Origin: an uncultured Gemmatimonadota bacterium
Lineage (GTDB): Bacteria; Gemmatimonadota; Gemmatimonadetes; Gemmatimonadales; Gemmatimonadaceae
Assembly: GCA_937867645.1 (NCBI GenBank)
Contig: CALMKE010000073.1
Location: 1-59,583, forward strand
Direction of reading: 5' to 3'
Length of the DNA stretch: 59,583 bases
The notes beneath the pieces are model-generated. The model did no database searches. It saw nothing but the letters and a program-made list of their open reading frames with translations, and was not told the DNA's origin. Made by a program: the position numbers and the translations under genes. This document shows positions 1 to 9,167 of this stretch, one piece after another; position 1 is the first letter of the stretch, and each line of letters opens with the position of its first letter.

Positions 1-1
1 T

Positions 2-75
2 CGGGGCGTAGCGTAGCCCGGTAGCGCGCCTGCTTCGGGAGCAGGAGGTCGCTGGTTCAAATCCAGTCGCCCCGA
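2..75 (+). tRNA. tRNA-Pro (anticodon CGG)
   Basis: The cloverleaf is readable by eye. Acceptor cggggcg (2-8) pairs with cgccccg (68-74). The anticodon stem is cctgc/gcagg with loop ttCGGga (CGG at 36-38). The T-arm is gctgg-ttcaaat-ccagt and the discriminator is A75. CCA is not encoded. Confidence 0.93.
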
Positions 76-90
76 CTCCAGCTAATTGAG

Positions 91-124
91 CCTCTGCAAC
101 GACGGTCGTTGCAGAGGTTTTTTT
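91..124 (+). terminator. Rho-independent terminator after tRNA-Pro (its hairpin also abuts the 3' end of the convergent minus-strand gene)
   Basis: A 12-bp perfect stem cctctgcaacga/tcgttgcagagg (91-117) is followed by seven T (118-124). Confidence 0.8.
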
Positions 125-125
125 C

Positions 126-2327
126 TTAGAACCCCTGCCCGATCCGCCCCGTGAACCTCCACGGGCCCTGCCGGTCGATCGGACGCGTGACGCCGACCGC
201 GACCGCGCCGCTGAAAAAAGTGACGAGAAACTCGGCCGAGGCGCGCACGCCGTCGGTCGGCCTGGAGAGAGGCACGAGCATTCCGGTCACGGTATCGGGA
301 GTCGCTCCGAGCTCCAGCAGCGCGGCCTCCGCTTCCGGGCTCGATACTTCCGTCCACCCGGCATGAATCCCCGCCGCGATTCCGGGCGCGAGACCCGGAA
401 GGATCAACCGTCCCGGCAGCCGGATGGGCGCGCGCAGGAACGGGAACGTGTAGCCGAGCACGGCACGGCCGAGCGCGGCGCGATCGCCGGCGAACTCCTT
501 GTAGCCGTACGAGCGAAGCCCTTCACTCCGGCCAAGCTCGAACATCGCCTGCGGCACGGGATCGCCGATGAGCATGCCGGCATCAGCGCGCGCGTACAGC
601 TGAAACGGGCCGATTTCCCGCCGCGCCGCGCCACGCGCCTCGACCCGCTGCCAGCGCAGGTCGCCATCGGCGCGGTCGTAGCTCAGGCGCGCTCCGACGC
701 CGCGATCGACGAACAGGCCGCTCACGTCGGGGTTCAGCTCGAGCGACGCGACGGTCCGGACGTAATTCCCTTCCCTTATCCCGCGGTTCGGGCGGAACCC
801 CTCGCCATCGGCGACGAACAGTCCGCGCGAGATGTTCTGTTGCACCGCCCGGTCGGATCCCGGGCCCGCCTCGAGCCGGATGACGGATCGTTGCTTGAGG
901 CCGAGCGTCCGGCTGACGGCCAGCGTCGCGCTCCGGCGATCGAGATAGTCGTAGTCGTCGGTGCTTCCGAGCAGCGCGGCCATCGTCGCGCCCCACGACA
1001 GCGGCGGCTGAAAGTCGTTGGTGTGCGCGAGCGCGCGCTCGAGGCGGAGTCCGACCGTCGTGCCGCCGCGCGTGCGCTGCGCGCCGAGCATGCCGCGCGC
1101 GGTCTGCTCGGACCAGGCCCAGCCCGCGGAGCCGCGGACGGTCACTCCGGAACCGGCTTCGCCGAAGTCCTTCGCGAGCGCGATGCCGGTGAACAGCCCT
1201 TCGACGCGATTGAAACGAAACACTTCGCCAAGGGAGCGCGGAGCAAACCGGAGTCCGGCTGCCCGTCCGCGAGTCGCCCACTCGACCGGCGCGACGTCGT
1301 CGAATTCCGAGAAATACACGTCGGTGCTCGCGGCGCCGATCGGCTGCGTCCAGCCGTTGTAGCGCTGCTGCGCCACGGATGACGCGAAGGTCAGGTTGTG
1401 GCGCACTCCCGGCGGCGCCTCCGGGCCGCTCCACGTGGAATCGTTCGGCCGGTAATCGTGAAAGCGCGAGACGATGCGAACGATCGTGCGCAGTCCGCCG
1501 AACGGCCCGATCCGCGCCTGCAGCTCGGTGCGCTGATACGCCGGCAGCCAGTACGCGCCTTCGACTTCGACGTTCACCAGCTCGACAAAGGACGCGCCGC
1601 TTACGCCCGGGATCCGGCTGCCGGACTTGATGGTTGCCCGTCCGTCACGCACTTCGACCAGCCGGCCGCGCAGCCGTACGACCTGCTTCCGCACCACGTC
1701 TATGTACATCTCGCCGGAGAGCAGGATCGCGTCTCCCGGCGCGTCCGGCCGCGGCGTGACTTTGACGCGCGCTATCGGGATCTGCTGCCCGCCGGAGAAG
1801 AACGTCACGGCGGTGTCGCCGCCTTCGAACACGTAGTACGCGTTCCGGTTGGACGCGAGCGGGTGCACGGCCAGAGTGGCCGCGCTCTCGTTGAACGTGC
1901 GGTTGGACGATGCGGCCGAAGTGACGCCGAGCCGCAGGCGGTTGCCGTACAGCGTCGGCGTGGTCCAGCCGCCGAAGATGCTCATCAGCGAGAACGTCGG
2001 ACCGATGGACTGGTTGCGGTACCCGATCACGCGCTGGTCGTACCGGTCGGGCGCGCGCCAGCGGACGTCGCTCGCCACCTGCTCGAGCTGGGCCGTGCGC
2101 TCGCGCCCGCCGGAGTCCACGATGACCAGGGACATCTCCGTCTCGAGCCGCGCGCGATAGGCGTGCAGGCGCTCGGGGACGCGGGCGTTCACCAGCGCGG
2201 CGTCCGCGATGAGCCGGGCGAGACTTGCCGTGGAATCGGGCGGAGCGGACGGGACGGCCTGCGCCGCCCCGTCCGATGGAGCCCCAAGCAGAAGGGCGAC
2301 GAAAACAGCGGACTTGAATGGGGTCAC
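126..2327 (-). CDS. Outer-membrane beta-barrel protein, Omp85/surface-antigen-like, no obvious POTRA
   Basis: 733-aa ORF. It has an N-terminal signal peptide (MTPFKSAVFVALLLGAPSDGAAQA) and alternating beta-strand patterns. The C-terminus ends ...GRIGQGF (terminal Phe). It shares an NRVEGL motif with the ORF at 40918-42354. Confidence 0.7.
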   Translation of the reverse strand: MTPFKSAVFVALLLGAPSDGAAQAVPSAPPDSTASLARLIADAALVNARVPERLHAYRARLETEMSLVIVDSGGRERTAQLEQVASDVRWRAPDRYDQRVIGYRNQSIGPTFSLMSIFGGWTTPTLYGNRLRLGVTSAASSNRTFNESAATLAVHPLASNRNAYYVFEGGDTAVTFFSGGQQIPIARVKVTPRPDAPGDAILLSGEMYIDVVRKQVVRLRGRLVEVRDGRATIKSGSRIPGVSGASFVELVNVEVEGAYWLPAYQRTELQARIGPFGGLRTIVRIVSRFHDYRPNDSTWSGPEAPPGVRHNLTFASSVAQQRYNGWTQPIGAASTDVYFSEFDDVAPVEWATRGRAAGLRFAPRSLGEVFRFNRVEGLFTGIALAKDFGEAGSGVTVRGSAGWAWSEQTARGMLGAQRTRGGTTVGLRLERALAHTNDFQPPLSWGATMAALLGSTDDYDYLDRRSATLAVSRTLGLKQRSVIRLEAGPGSDRAVQQNISRGLFVADGEGFRPNRGIREGNYVRTVASLELNPDVSGLFVDRGVGARLSYDRADGDLRWQRVEARGAARREIGPFQLYARADAGMLIGDPVPQAMFELGRSEGLRSYGYKEFAGDRAALGRAVLGYTFPFLRAPIRLPGRLILPGLAPGIAAGIHAGWTEVSSPEAEAALLELGATPDTVTGMLVPLSRPTDGVRASAEFLVTFFSGAVAVGVTRPIDRQGPWRFTGRIGQGF

Positions 2328-2359
2328 GCCCCGCTACCCTTCAACAGTTGTGCCCGAAG

Positions 2360-2638
2360 CTATTTCACGAACACCGCGCTCAGTCCTTCATCGTTGAATG
2401 TGAGGGTGCGGCCGGAGATAGTGCCGGCGTAGACCTCGCCGTCGGAGTCCGTGAACGTCACGGTCGAGGCGCGAATCGACGGGAAGGTTGCGGTAGCGGC
2501 CGCGTGAATCCGATACGCACGATGCCGTAGCAATCGCCCGCAATCGTGCCGGCTCGCCGAGTACGTAATGGCCACGCTCCTCATACGTAGCTCGGCGCAT
2601 TCACCGGGCACTTTCGCGCGGCAATACTCCCGCGTCAT
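2360..2638 (-). CDS. Small hypothetical protein (possible lipocalin-like C-terminal half)
   Basis: 92-aa ORF 32 nt upstream of the barrel gene on the same strand. The C-terminal TVTFTDSDGEVYAGTISGRTLTFNDEGLSAVFVK looks like a beta-rich small domain. The start is uncertain. Confidence 0.3.
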   Translation of the reverse strand: MTREYCRAKVPGECAELRMRSVAITYSASRHDCGRLLRHRAYRIHAAATATFPSIRASTVTFTDSDGEVYAGTISGRTLTFNDEGLSAVFVK

Positions 2639-2658
2639 CAGCGACGGAGGATGGCACC

Positions 2659-3219
2659 ATGGACAACCCGGCTGGCATGGACGGCAGATGGGGAGGCGGC
2701 TGGTCCCTGGCGACGGAGATCGATTGGGGCGCGATCGACATCGCCGCGGCCCGGACGGACCCCGAGCTGCTGATGCTGGTGAGGCGGGCGGCGCTGCGAG
2801 CTGCCCGGCGCACCGTCGGCCTCAGCCACCTGCTCGCCGCGCTCGCCGCGGACTCGGTCGCTTCGGCGCTGCTAGCGCGCGAGCTGCACGACAGCTGGAA
2901 ACACTTTCACGCGCTGCGCTCATATCTCGAGGTCGCCGAGTACTCCCCCGCGATCGCGGAGGCGGAGCTGGAGCAGCACCGGCGGGCGTCGCCGGAAGGC
3001 GTGCTCAAACGCGCGGAAGATGCCGCGGCCCGAATCGCCCAGCTGCTCGACGACGCGGCGCGCGACGGCGCGCTTTTCGGCCTGGTGAGCTCCCGCGCTA
3101 CGGACCCCGCGCTGGCGAGGCTGGCGGACCGGATAGCGCGCGACCGCCAGCAGCATTCACTGGCGCTGGCGAAGTTCCTGGCGGTGAACGTGGATCTGTC
3201 CGGGGAGAAGACCGCCTGA
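2659..3219 (+). CDS. Hypothetical helical protein
   Basis: 186-aa ORF with high third-position GC and a GGAGGA Shine-Dalgarno about 8 nt upstream of the ATG. I recognise no family motif. Confidence 0.55.
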   Translation: MDNPAGMDGRWGGGWSLATEIDWGAIDIAAARTDPELLMLVRRAALRAARRTVGLSHLLAALAADSVASALLARELHDSWKHFHALRSYLEVAEYSPAIAEAELEQHRRASPEGVLKRAEDAAARIAQLLDDAARDGALFGLVSSRATDPALARLADRIARDRQQHSLALAKFLAVNVDLSGEKTA

Positions 3220-3226
3220 AGCCGGC

Positions 3227-6200
3227 CTAGAGGAGTCCCTTCTCCCGGACGTAGTCCGCGAGCTCGCCGCGGGATTCGACGCTCAGCTTCGAAAAAATAT
3301 TGGAGAGGTGCGTGCTCACCGTGCGCGCGGAGATCTTCAGTGCCGCGCCGATCTCCTTGTTCGCCTTGCGGGCGGCGACCATCCGCGCGATCTCGATCTC
3401 ACGCGCGGTGAGTCCCGCCGCGCCCTCACCCACTGTCTTCGCCGGCGGTCGAAGTCCCAGAGTGCGCAGCTGCTCGCGGGTCGCGTCGAGCTCGGCCGCC
3501 GCGCCCAGCCGGGCGAACAGGTCGTGCGCCCGCCGAAGCTCGCGCGCAGCGCGCTCGCGATCGCCGGCTTCGACCAGCGCTCGCGCGAGCTGCCTGCGCA
3601 TCCGCGCGCCGAAGTGCGGATACTGTAGCTTCTCGAGCTCTTCCGCCGCGCGCTGCAGAGATTTCGCCGCTGCTGCGGGATCGCGATCCCGCAGCAGCGT
3701 CAGCAGACCTTCGCTCGCGAGCGCGCATGCCGCGGCCAGCCGATGCTCGAGGCGCTTCGACTCGCTGCGGAGGCGCGCGGTGTGCCGTTCAGCCGTTTCG
3801 AAATCGGCCTTGTACAGCGCCGCTTCGGTGATCAGCGGAAGCAGCCACTGCACCGCCCACACCACATGGCCCGCGCGATCCGCGAGCGCGAGTCCGGCCT
3901 CGCCGACCTTCACCGCCTCCGCGTAGTTGCGGGTCGCGAGGTGGTAAGCGGCCATGCCGAGATGCGCCGGAACGACGGAGGGGATGTCCACCGGCCGGTC
4001 CGCGCCGCGCGCGGCGCCGGACAGCCGCCACGCTTCCTCGAACATCTCGAGAGCGCGCGCGTGATCGCCACGCCACAGGTGAATGGTTCCGGTCCACACC
4101 AGCAGTCGCGGCAGCAGCGCCTTCTGCGCGAGAGCGCGCGCGGCCGCGATTGCCCGCTCTCCCGTCGCGATCCCGGTCTCCCAGTTGCCTACGCCCGACG
4201 CGTATTGCACGGACAGCTCCGCCGTCCACAACGGGAGCAGCGGCGAGCGAAGCTCGTCCGCGAGACGGGACGCGGCCGAGATGTGCTCCACGACTCCGGG
4301 GGCGTCGCTGTCGAGGCCGGCCAGCATCGCCATCCCCCAGTGAGCCGACCACGCCAGCACTTTCTGGCCGCTCTCCTCGGCGAGCGAGACCGCCTTGCGC
4401 CCGTGCTCCTTCGCGCGCGCGATCTCGCCGCGCCACGCGTGCAGCAGCAGGAGCGCGCGGTGCACCCGCGCGGTTAGCGCGGGGTTTCCGACTTTTTCCG
4501 CTTCCTGCAGCGCGGCGTTGACATCAGCCGCGGCGTCGTCGAACCGGCCCACATCCTGCGCGCAGATGCTCCGGCCGAGACGGATGCGAACGATCATTGC
4601 CGGGTCCGTGGCATCAGTCGCCGCCTCGAGCGCCGGGGCATAATGCTCGATCGCTTCCTGCGAGCGTCCCGCCCAGTAGCAGGCAAGACCCATCCGGTGG
4701 CGCACCGACGCCACGAGCGCGCGATCTCCCCGGCGTTCCGCGTCGGACAGCGCGCGCGACCAGAGCTCCATCGCCACATCGAACTGTCCCAGCCGCTGCC
4801 GGGCGCGCGCGAGCGTCGTCACCAGCTGCCCGCCGGCGTCTTCCTTGCCCTGCCGGTCCAGCTCCTCCAGCGCGGCGGTGAGATAGTCAGCCGCTTCGCG
4901 ATTGGCGTATTTCTCCATGGCCGTGAGACCAGCCGCGGTCAGGTACCGGACCGCCTTCGGAGCGAGGTCGCCGGACATCGCCCGCGAGTAATGAAACGCG
5001 AGCTCGTCGGCGTGCAGCGCCGCCGTCGCTCCGTACAGCGTCTCGAGCGACTGCGCGACCTGCGCGTGCAGCAGCCGCGCGCGCGCTCCGCCCAAGCCGG
5101 TGTACAACACTTCGCGGAACAGCGGGTGGGCGAAGTCGTACGCGAGACCTTCATCCCGCCCCGTCTCGATCAGCACGCGCGCGGAGCGCAGCTCGTCCAG
5201 GGCGTTGACCAGATCCTGGTCAGCCATTCCGCTGACGGCTCGCAACACGTCGTAGCCTGCGCGTGTCCCGATGACCGCGGCCAGATGGGCAATCGTCTTC
5301 GCGTCGGGCGTGAGGCGATCGAGCCGCTCGCTGAGCACCTCGCGCACGGTGACCGGAATGTCGAGCGAGTCGGTATCCCACCCCGTCCAGCGACCATCCC
5401 GCTCGACGAGCCGGCCGCTGTCCATCAGCGACTTGAGAGTCTCCTCGATGAAGAACGGGTTGCCGCGCGTCCAGTCGTACAGGAGCGCCGCGAAATGCGC
5501 CGTGTGCGCCGGCGCCGCGCCGAATTTCTGCTGCAGGAGCTCGTCCACCTGCGGCTGCGTCAGCGCCTCGACGCGCCGCACCGTGATCGCGCCCAGGCGC
5601 AGGAGCGACTGCTCGGTGGTCCGCAACACTTCATTCGCGTCGCGCTGCGATTCGTTGTACGTGCCGATCAGCGCGACGCGCGAGCTCGCGCGCGGCTGCC
5701 GCGCGAGGAAGTGCAGCAGCTCGAGCGAGGAGGCATCGGCCCACTGGAGGTTCTCGAGCACGAGCAGAACCGGCTGCTTCGCGGCGAACCGCGTCAGGAA
5801 CTGGCTGAAGTTCCAGAGCAATCTCGCCTTGAGCTCCGACGGGTCGGCTCCGGAGGAAGCCCGCCGATCGTCGCCGTCCGGGCCAAGGCTGGGGAAAATG
5901 TGCCGGAGCTCCGCCGTTCCCCCGCGCGAAAGAAGCGTGAGCTGGGCCGGCTCGAGCGAGCGAAGCATGGGAACCAGGGCGTCGGCAAAGGCGGCATAGG
6001 GCACGCCTGTTTCCACCGGATACGCCCGCCCGACCGCGACCGCGAAGCCCATCTTGCCGGCGCGAGCCGCAACCGCTTCGACCAGTCGAGTTTTGCCAAC
6101 GCCGCCCTCACCCGCGAGCAAAACGGTGCTGGCCGTGCCCGCCGCGGCCGCGGTGAGAACCGCTCCCAGCTCGGCAAGCTCGGCGGCCCGGCCGATCAGG

Positions 6201-6232
6201 GGTAACGCGTCACCGCCGGGACGTTCAGGCAT
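3227..6232 (-). CDS. Large ATP-dependent LuxR-family transcriptional regulator (AAA ATPase + TPR-like repeats + C-terminal LuxR HTH; MalT/LAL-like)
   Basis: 1001 aa. It has a Walker A motif GEGGVGKTRL near the N-terminus and a long helical-repeat middle region. The C-terminal LTAREIEIARMV...EIGAALKISARTVSTHLSNIFSKL is a LuxR-type HTH. Confidence 0.88.
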   Translation of the reverse strand: MPERPGGDALPLIGRAAELAELGAVLTAAAAGTASTVLLAGEGGVGKTRLVEAVAARAGKMGFAVAVGRAYPVETGVPYAAFADALVPMLRSLEPAQLTLLSRGGTAELRHIFPSLGPDGDDRRASSGADPSELKARLLWNFSQFLTRFAAKQPVLLVLENLQWADASSLELLHFLARQPRASSRVALIGTYNESQRDANEVLRTTEQSLLRLGAITVRRVEALTQPQVDELLQQKFGAAPAHTAHFAALLYDWTRGNPFFIEETLKSLMDSGRLVERDGRWTGWDTDSLDIPVTVREVLSERLDRLTPDAKTIAHLAAVIGTRAGYDVLRAVSGMADQDLVNALDELRSARVLIETGRDEGLAYDFAHPLFREVLYTGLGGARARLLHAQVAQSLETLYGATAALHADELAFHYSRAMSGDLAPKAVRYLTAAGLTAMEKYANREAADYLTAALEELDRQGKEDAGGQLVTTLARARQRLGQFDVAMELWSRALSDAERRGDRALVASVRHRMGLACYWAGRSQEAIEHYAPALEAATDATDPAMIVRIRLGRSICAQDVGRFDDAAADVNAALQEAEKVGNPALTARVHRALLLLHAWRGEIARAKEHGRKAVSLAEESGQKVLAWSAHWGMAMLAGLDSDAPGVVEHISAASRLADELRSPLLPLWTAELSVQYASGVGNWETGIATGERAIAAARALAQKALLPRLLVWTGTIHLWRGDHARALEMFEEAWRLSGAARGADRPVDIPSVVPAHLGMAAYHLATRNYAEAVKVGEAGLALADRAGHVVWAVQWLLPLITEAALYKADFETAERHTARLRSESKRLEHRLAAACALASEGLLTLLRDRDPAAAAKSLQRAAEELEKLQYPHFGARMRRQLARALVEAGDRERAARELRRAHDLFARLGAAAELDATREQLRTLGLRPPAKTVGEGAAGLTAREIEIARMVAARKANKEIGAALKISARTVSTHLSNIFSKLSVESRGELADYVREKGLL

Positions 6233-6321
6233 GGCCGTAAACGGAAGCTTCCGAACAGTGGAAGGTCAAGCGGGATGGCCGGTTACGATTCGCGAACCCT
6301 TGCCCGACCGGCTCTGGCGCG

Positions 6322-7734
6322 GTGCATTTTATGCTTCTTCGAACCCCTATGCCGATGACGCATACCGCGGATTCAGGAGTCGGCGCGGCGCGTGATGTAG
6401 TGCGCGCCCTTTTCGGCTCGCCTCCCGAGCGCGGATTCGACGTTCGCTACTGGGACGGAACCGAGGAAAAGGCCGGCGGCCCGCCGCGCGTGCCGTTCAC
6501 GCTGGTCGTGGCGCGTCGCGGCGCACTCAGGCGAATGCTCCTTCCGCCGAACGAGCTGTCTATCGTGGACGCGTACATCTCCGGCGATCTCGACGTCGAG
6601 GGCAGCCTCGAAGCCGCGGTCGCGCTCGGAGACGCAGTCGCCCGGCGAATCCGGGATCCGCGGGCGCTGCGCCGGCTGGCCCGGCTGATCCTGGCGCTCC
6701 CGGTGGACGACGACCCGGCGATCCATCGCACCAGGTTCCAGCGCGTCTCGGACTCGCTCACGCGCAAGCGCCGGCGCGGCGACGCCGAAGCGATCGAATT
6801 CCATTACGGCGTGAGCAACGAGTTCTACGAGCTCTGGCTCGACCCGATGATGCTGTACACCTGCGCGTATTTCCGGACCGGCGACGAGAGCATCGAGCAG
6901 GCGCAGCTGAACAAGCTCGAGCACATCTGCCGGAAGCTGCGGCTCAAGCGCGGCGACCGCTTGCTCGACATCGGCTGTGGCTGGGGCGGGTTGGTCCGGT
7001 ACGCGGCGAGGAACTACGGCGTGGAGGCGCTGGGAATCACGTTGAGCGAGTCCCAGGCGTCGTGGGGCCGCGAGCGCATCCGCATGGACGGACTGAGCGG
7101 TCGCTGCCGGGTGGAGGTCCGCGATTATCGCGATCTGCCGGCGGGTGAGCAGTTCGACAAGATCACGTCGGTCGGAGTGACGGAGCACGTACCCGCGGAC
7201 GAGCAGCCGGCGTATTTCGCGCGCGCGCATTCCCTGTTGCGGCCCGGTGGAGTTTTCCTGAATCACTGCGAAGTCAGCTTCGACCAGGCGAAAGGCGAGA
7301 GCCTCACGTCCAGGCTCGCGGCCAGGGTGTGGAAGCGCGGCGAGTTCATCCAGCGGTACGTGTTTCCAGACGCCCGGCTCGTGCCCGCGGCGCACGTCAT
7401 CGCCAGCGCGGAGCGGAGCGGGCTGGAGGTGCGCGACGTGGAGAGCCTGCGCGAGCACTACACGCTCACGCTCCGCCACTGGATCCGCGAGCTGGAGAGA
7501 AATCGGGAAGCGGCCATCGATCTCGTGGGCGAGCCGACATACCGTGTCTGGCGGCTGTACATGTCGGCCGGAGCGCACCGCTTCCACGCGGCGAAGTTGA
7601 ACATCATTCAGACGCTCCTGTCCAAGCCGCACCAGGACGGCCGGTCGGAGCTGCCGTGGACGCGCGAGGACATCTACGAGCGGCCCTACCCGAGCGAGCT
7701 GAAGGACAAGCTGGAGCTGCGGACGTCGGCCTAG
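6322..7734 (+). CDS. cfa: Cyclopropane-fatty-acyl-phospholipid synthase family SAM-dependent methyltransferase
   Basis: 470 aa. Family-typical strings are HYGVSNEFYELWLDPMMLYTCAYF, the SAM motif LLDIGCGWGGL, and YVFPDARLVP near the C-terminal part. The exact start is uncertain (several in-frame Met). Confidence 0.85.
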   Translation: MHFMLLRTPMPMTHTADSGVGAARDVVRALFGSPPERGFDVRYWDGTEEKAGGPPRVPFTLVVARRGALRRMLLPPNELSIVDAYISGDLDVEGSLEAAVALGDAVARRIRDPRALRRLARLILALPVDDDPAIHRTRFQRVSDSLTRKRRRGDAEAIEFHYGVSNEFYELWLDPMMLYTCAYFRTGDESIEQAQLNKLEHICRKLRLKRGDRLLDIGCGWGGLVRYAARNYGVEALGITLSESQASWGRERIRMDGLSGRCRVEVRDYRDLPAGEQFDKITSVGVTEHVPADEQPAYFARAHSLLRPGGVFLNHCEVSFDQAKGESLTSRLAARVWKRGEFIQRYVFPDARLVPAAHVIASAERSGLEVRDVESLREHYTLTLRHWIRELERNREAAIDLVGEPTYRVWRLYMSAGAHRFHAAKLNIIQTLLSKPHQDGRSELPWTREDIYERPYPSELKDKLELRTSA

Positions 7735-7746
7735 CGGCCGGCTGAA

Positions 7747-8940
7747 TCAGGTCGCCGCGAGGGTCTTCGTGGTGCGGCGCTTGGCGCGCAGCCGCTCCAG
7801 GGCGCGCCTGGCCTGATCCCGCCACTGCTCGCCGCTGACCAGGTTCGAGAAGCGTTCGTACAGCAGCGGTCCGCGGTGTGGCGGCTTCGTAAACGTGTAC
7901 CGCGGCGCCGGACGAAATTTCTCGCGCTCCACCGGGAAGGCGCTCAGGCAGTCCTTCTGCGAGACGAAGCAATCGTACATCTCCCGCTTGAGCATCTGCA
8001 GCTCGGGGGGCAGGTCCGCCTGCTTCGCGTCCACGCCGAAGAACGGGATGAACTCACCTACGGTGCGCTCGCCATCCTTGAAGTTGTACGAGGTGAATTC
8101 CAGCACGAGCGGCGCGGGCACTCCCTCGCGCCGCAGCATGCCGCACGCCAGGTGCACGGCGAACGCCGTCGCGTCGTGGTCGGTGTGCCCGCCTTCATAA
8201 GGATGGGTGAGCACCACTTCGGGGCGGAACTCGTCCAGCAGGTCCGCCATTGCGTAGGCGAGCTCGACCAGCCGGTCCGTGGCCTCGCCGTCCACGACGT
8301 TGAGGCAGCGCGTGCGCTCCGGTCCGACGCCCACCAGGCTCAGGGCCGCGGCCAATTCCTCCTGCCGCGCGCGCGCGTATTCCTCGCGCGTCGCGAACCC
8401 TTTCTTCTGCGCGTACACCGGATCGCGCGGCGCGCCGTCCGTGACGTGCACGATCAACGCGTTCGGCAAGCTCTTGAGTCGCGCGCCGACCCCGATTGCT
8501 TCGTCGTCGGGATGCGCCACGACCACGACGGTCCGCGGCGGTCTTTCCGCTTCGGTCCCGTCGATCAGCCTGTCGATGATCTGCTCGAGGCGCCGGCGCG
8601 ATGCGCGGAAGCGCGACTCGCGCTGCGTCGGGATCCACATGTGCGGCACATTCGCCGGCATCTGCAGAACCGGGCTCACCCATCCGCCGCCCGCGGTGTG
8701 CGGGACCGACGGCGATGCGGCGAGGCTGAACGTCAACGGAGGCGGAGGCGCCGATTCCGCTCGCTGCGAATGCCACTCGCCGGTCGCGGTCGTGATCATC
8801 TCCAACCTGGGGGGCGAGGAGACCGCTCCAGCCTGAATTCCCTCGGCGGGATTCTCGCCCGGCAGAACGAGCTTCGGACCCTGCACCGCCGGCTCCCGCC
8901 GGTCGCGGATGTTGTTGAAGTTCGGGTCCGCCGATGACAT
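7747..8940 (-). CDS. PIG-L/LmbE-family N-acetylglucosaminyl deacetylase with about 150-aa low-complexity N-terminal extension
   Basis: It carries the PIG-L signature VVVVAHPDDEAIGVG and a downstream HPYEGGHTDH metal-site-like motif. I prefer the ATG at 8940 because GAGGAG lies 10 nt upstream. The longer track ORF start (9039) would swallow the sigma-54-type promoter. Confidence 0.8.
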   Translation of the reverse strand: MSSADPNFNNIRDRREPAVQGPKLVLPGENPAEGIQAGAVSSPPRLEMITTATGEWHSQRAESAPPPPLTFSLAASPSVPHTAGGGWVSPVLQMPANVPHMWIPTQRESRFRASRRRLEQIIDRLIDGTEAERPPRTVVVVAHPDDEAIGVGARLKSLPNALIVHVTDGAPRDPVYAQKKGFATREEYARARQEELAAALSLVGVGPERTRCLNVVDGEATDRLVELAYAMADLLDEFRPEVVLTHPYEGGHTDHDATAFAVHLACGMLRREGVPAPLVLEFTSYNFKDGERTVGEFIPFFGVDAKQADLPPELQMLKREMYDCFVSQKDCLSAFPVEREKFRPAPRYTFTKPPHRGPLLYERFSNLVSGEQWRDQARRALERLRAKRRTTKTLAAT

Positions 8941-9013
8941 AAAAGCCTGCTCCTCAGCGCGGCGGCCGGCGAAACCGGCCAGGAGAAGTAACTCGTTTGC
9001 AAAACTCTGTTTA

Positions 9014-9028
9014 TGCAAAGTGCATGCC
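9014..9028 (-). promoter_or_regulatory. Sigma-54 (-24/-12) type promoter upstream of the PIG-L gene
   Basis: The minus strand reads GGCATG-CACT-TTGCA against the consensus GGCACG-N4-TTGCW. GG and GC are at exact consensus spacing. The site is about 75 nt upstream of the ATG at 8940. Confidence 0.55.
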
Positions 9029-9167
9029 CCCTCAGGCATTTCCTGACGGGTGTGACATCACAAATGTGGTGGACGATCGGCCAAGGTCCCGACGCGAATG
9101 GGTCGCCCGCCAATCCTCCGCGAGCGGCCGTGTCGAGAGCCGGCTTACCCCCGCGCCGGGAAGGACG

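Noticed and set aside
1-125. tRNA-Pro (and tRNA-Arg at 21612) as integration sites of genomic islands
   Set aside because: By eye, no integrase gene is adjacent and no direct repeat of the tRNA 3' end appears downstream. Flanking genes have the same GC and codon character as the rest of the window.
4643-6205. 520-aa plus-strand ORF
   Set aside because: It is antisense to the LuxR-family ATPase gene, which has Walker A and HTH motifs. No motifs appear in this frame. The same reasoning applies to 6373-7632, 18412-19623, 20142-21521, 22496-23665, 32713-33816, 39462-40697, 54472-55779, 56317-57681 and 58023-59243.
6242-6253. Perfect 12-bp palindrome CGGAAGCTTCCG as a LuxR-type operator
   Set aside because: It lies only 10 nt upstream of the regulator's own ATG, probably within the 5' UTR/RBS region. 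It is short, is not repeated in the divergent region, and could be chance.
8941-9039. Longer 430-aa model of the PIG-L gene starting at 9039
   Set aside because: The ATG at 8940 has a GAGGAG SD. The extra 33 codons contain the sigma-54-like promoter and an AT-richer non-coding-looking stretch.
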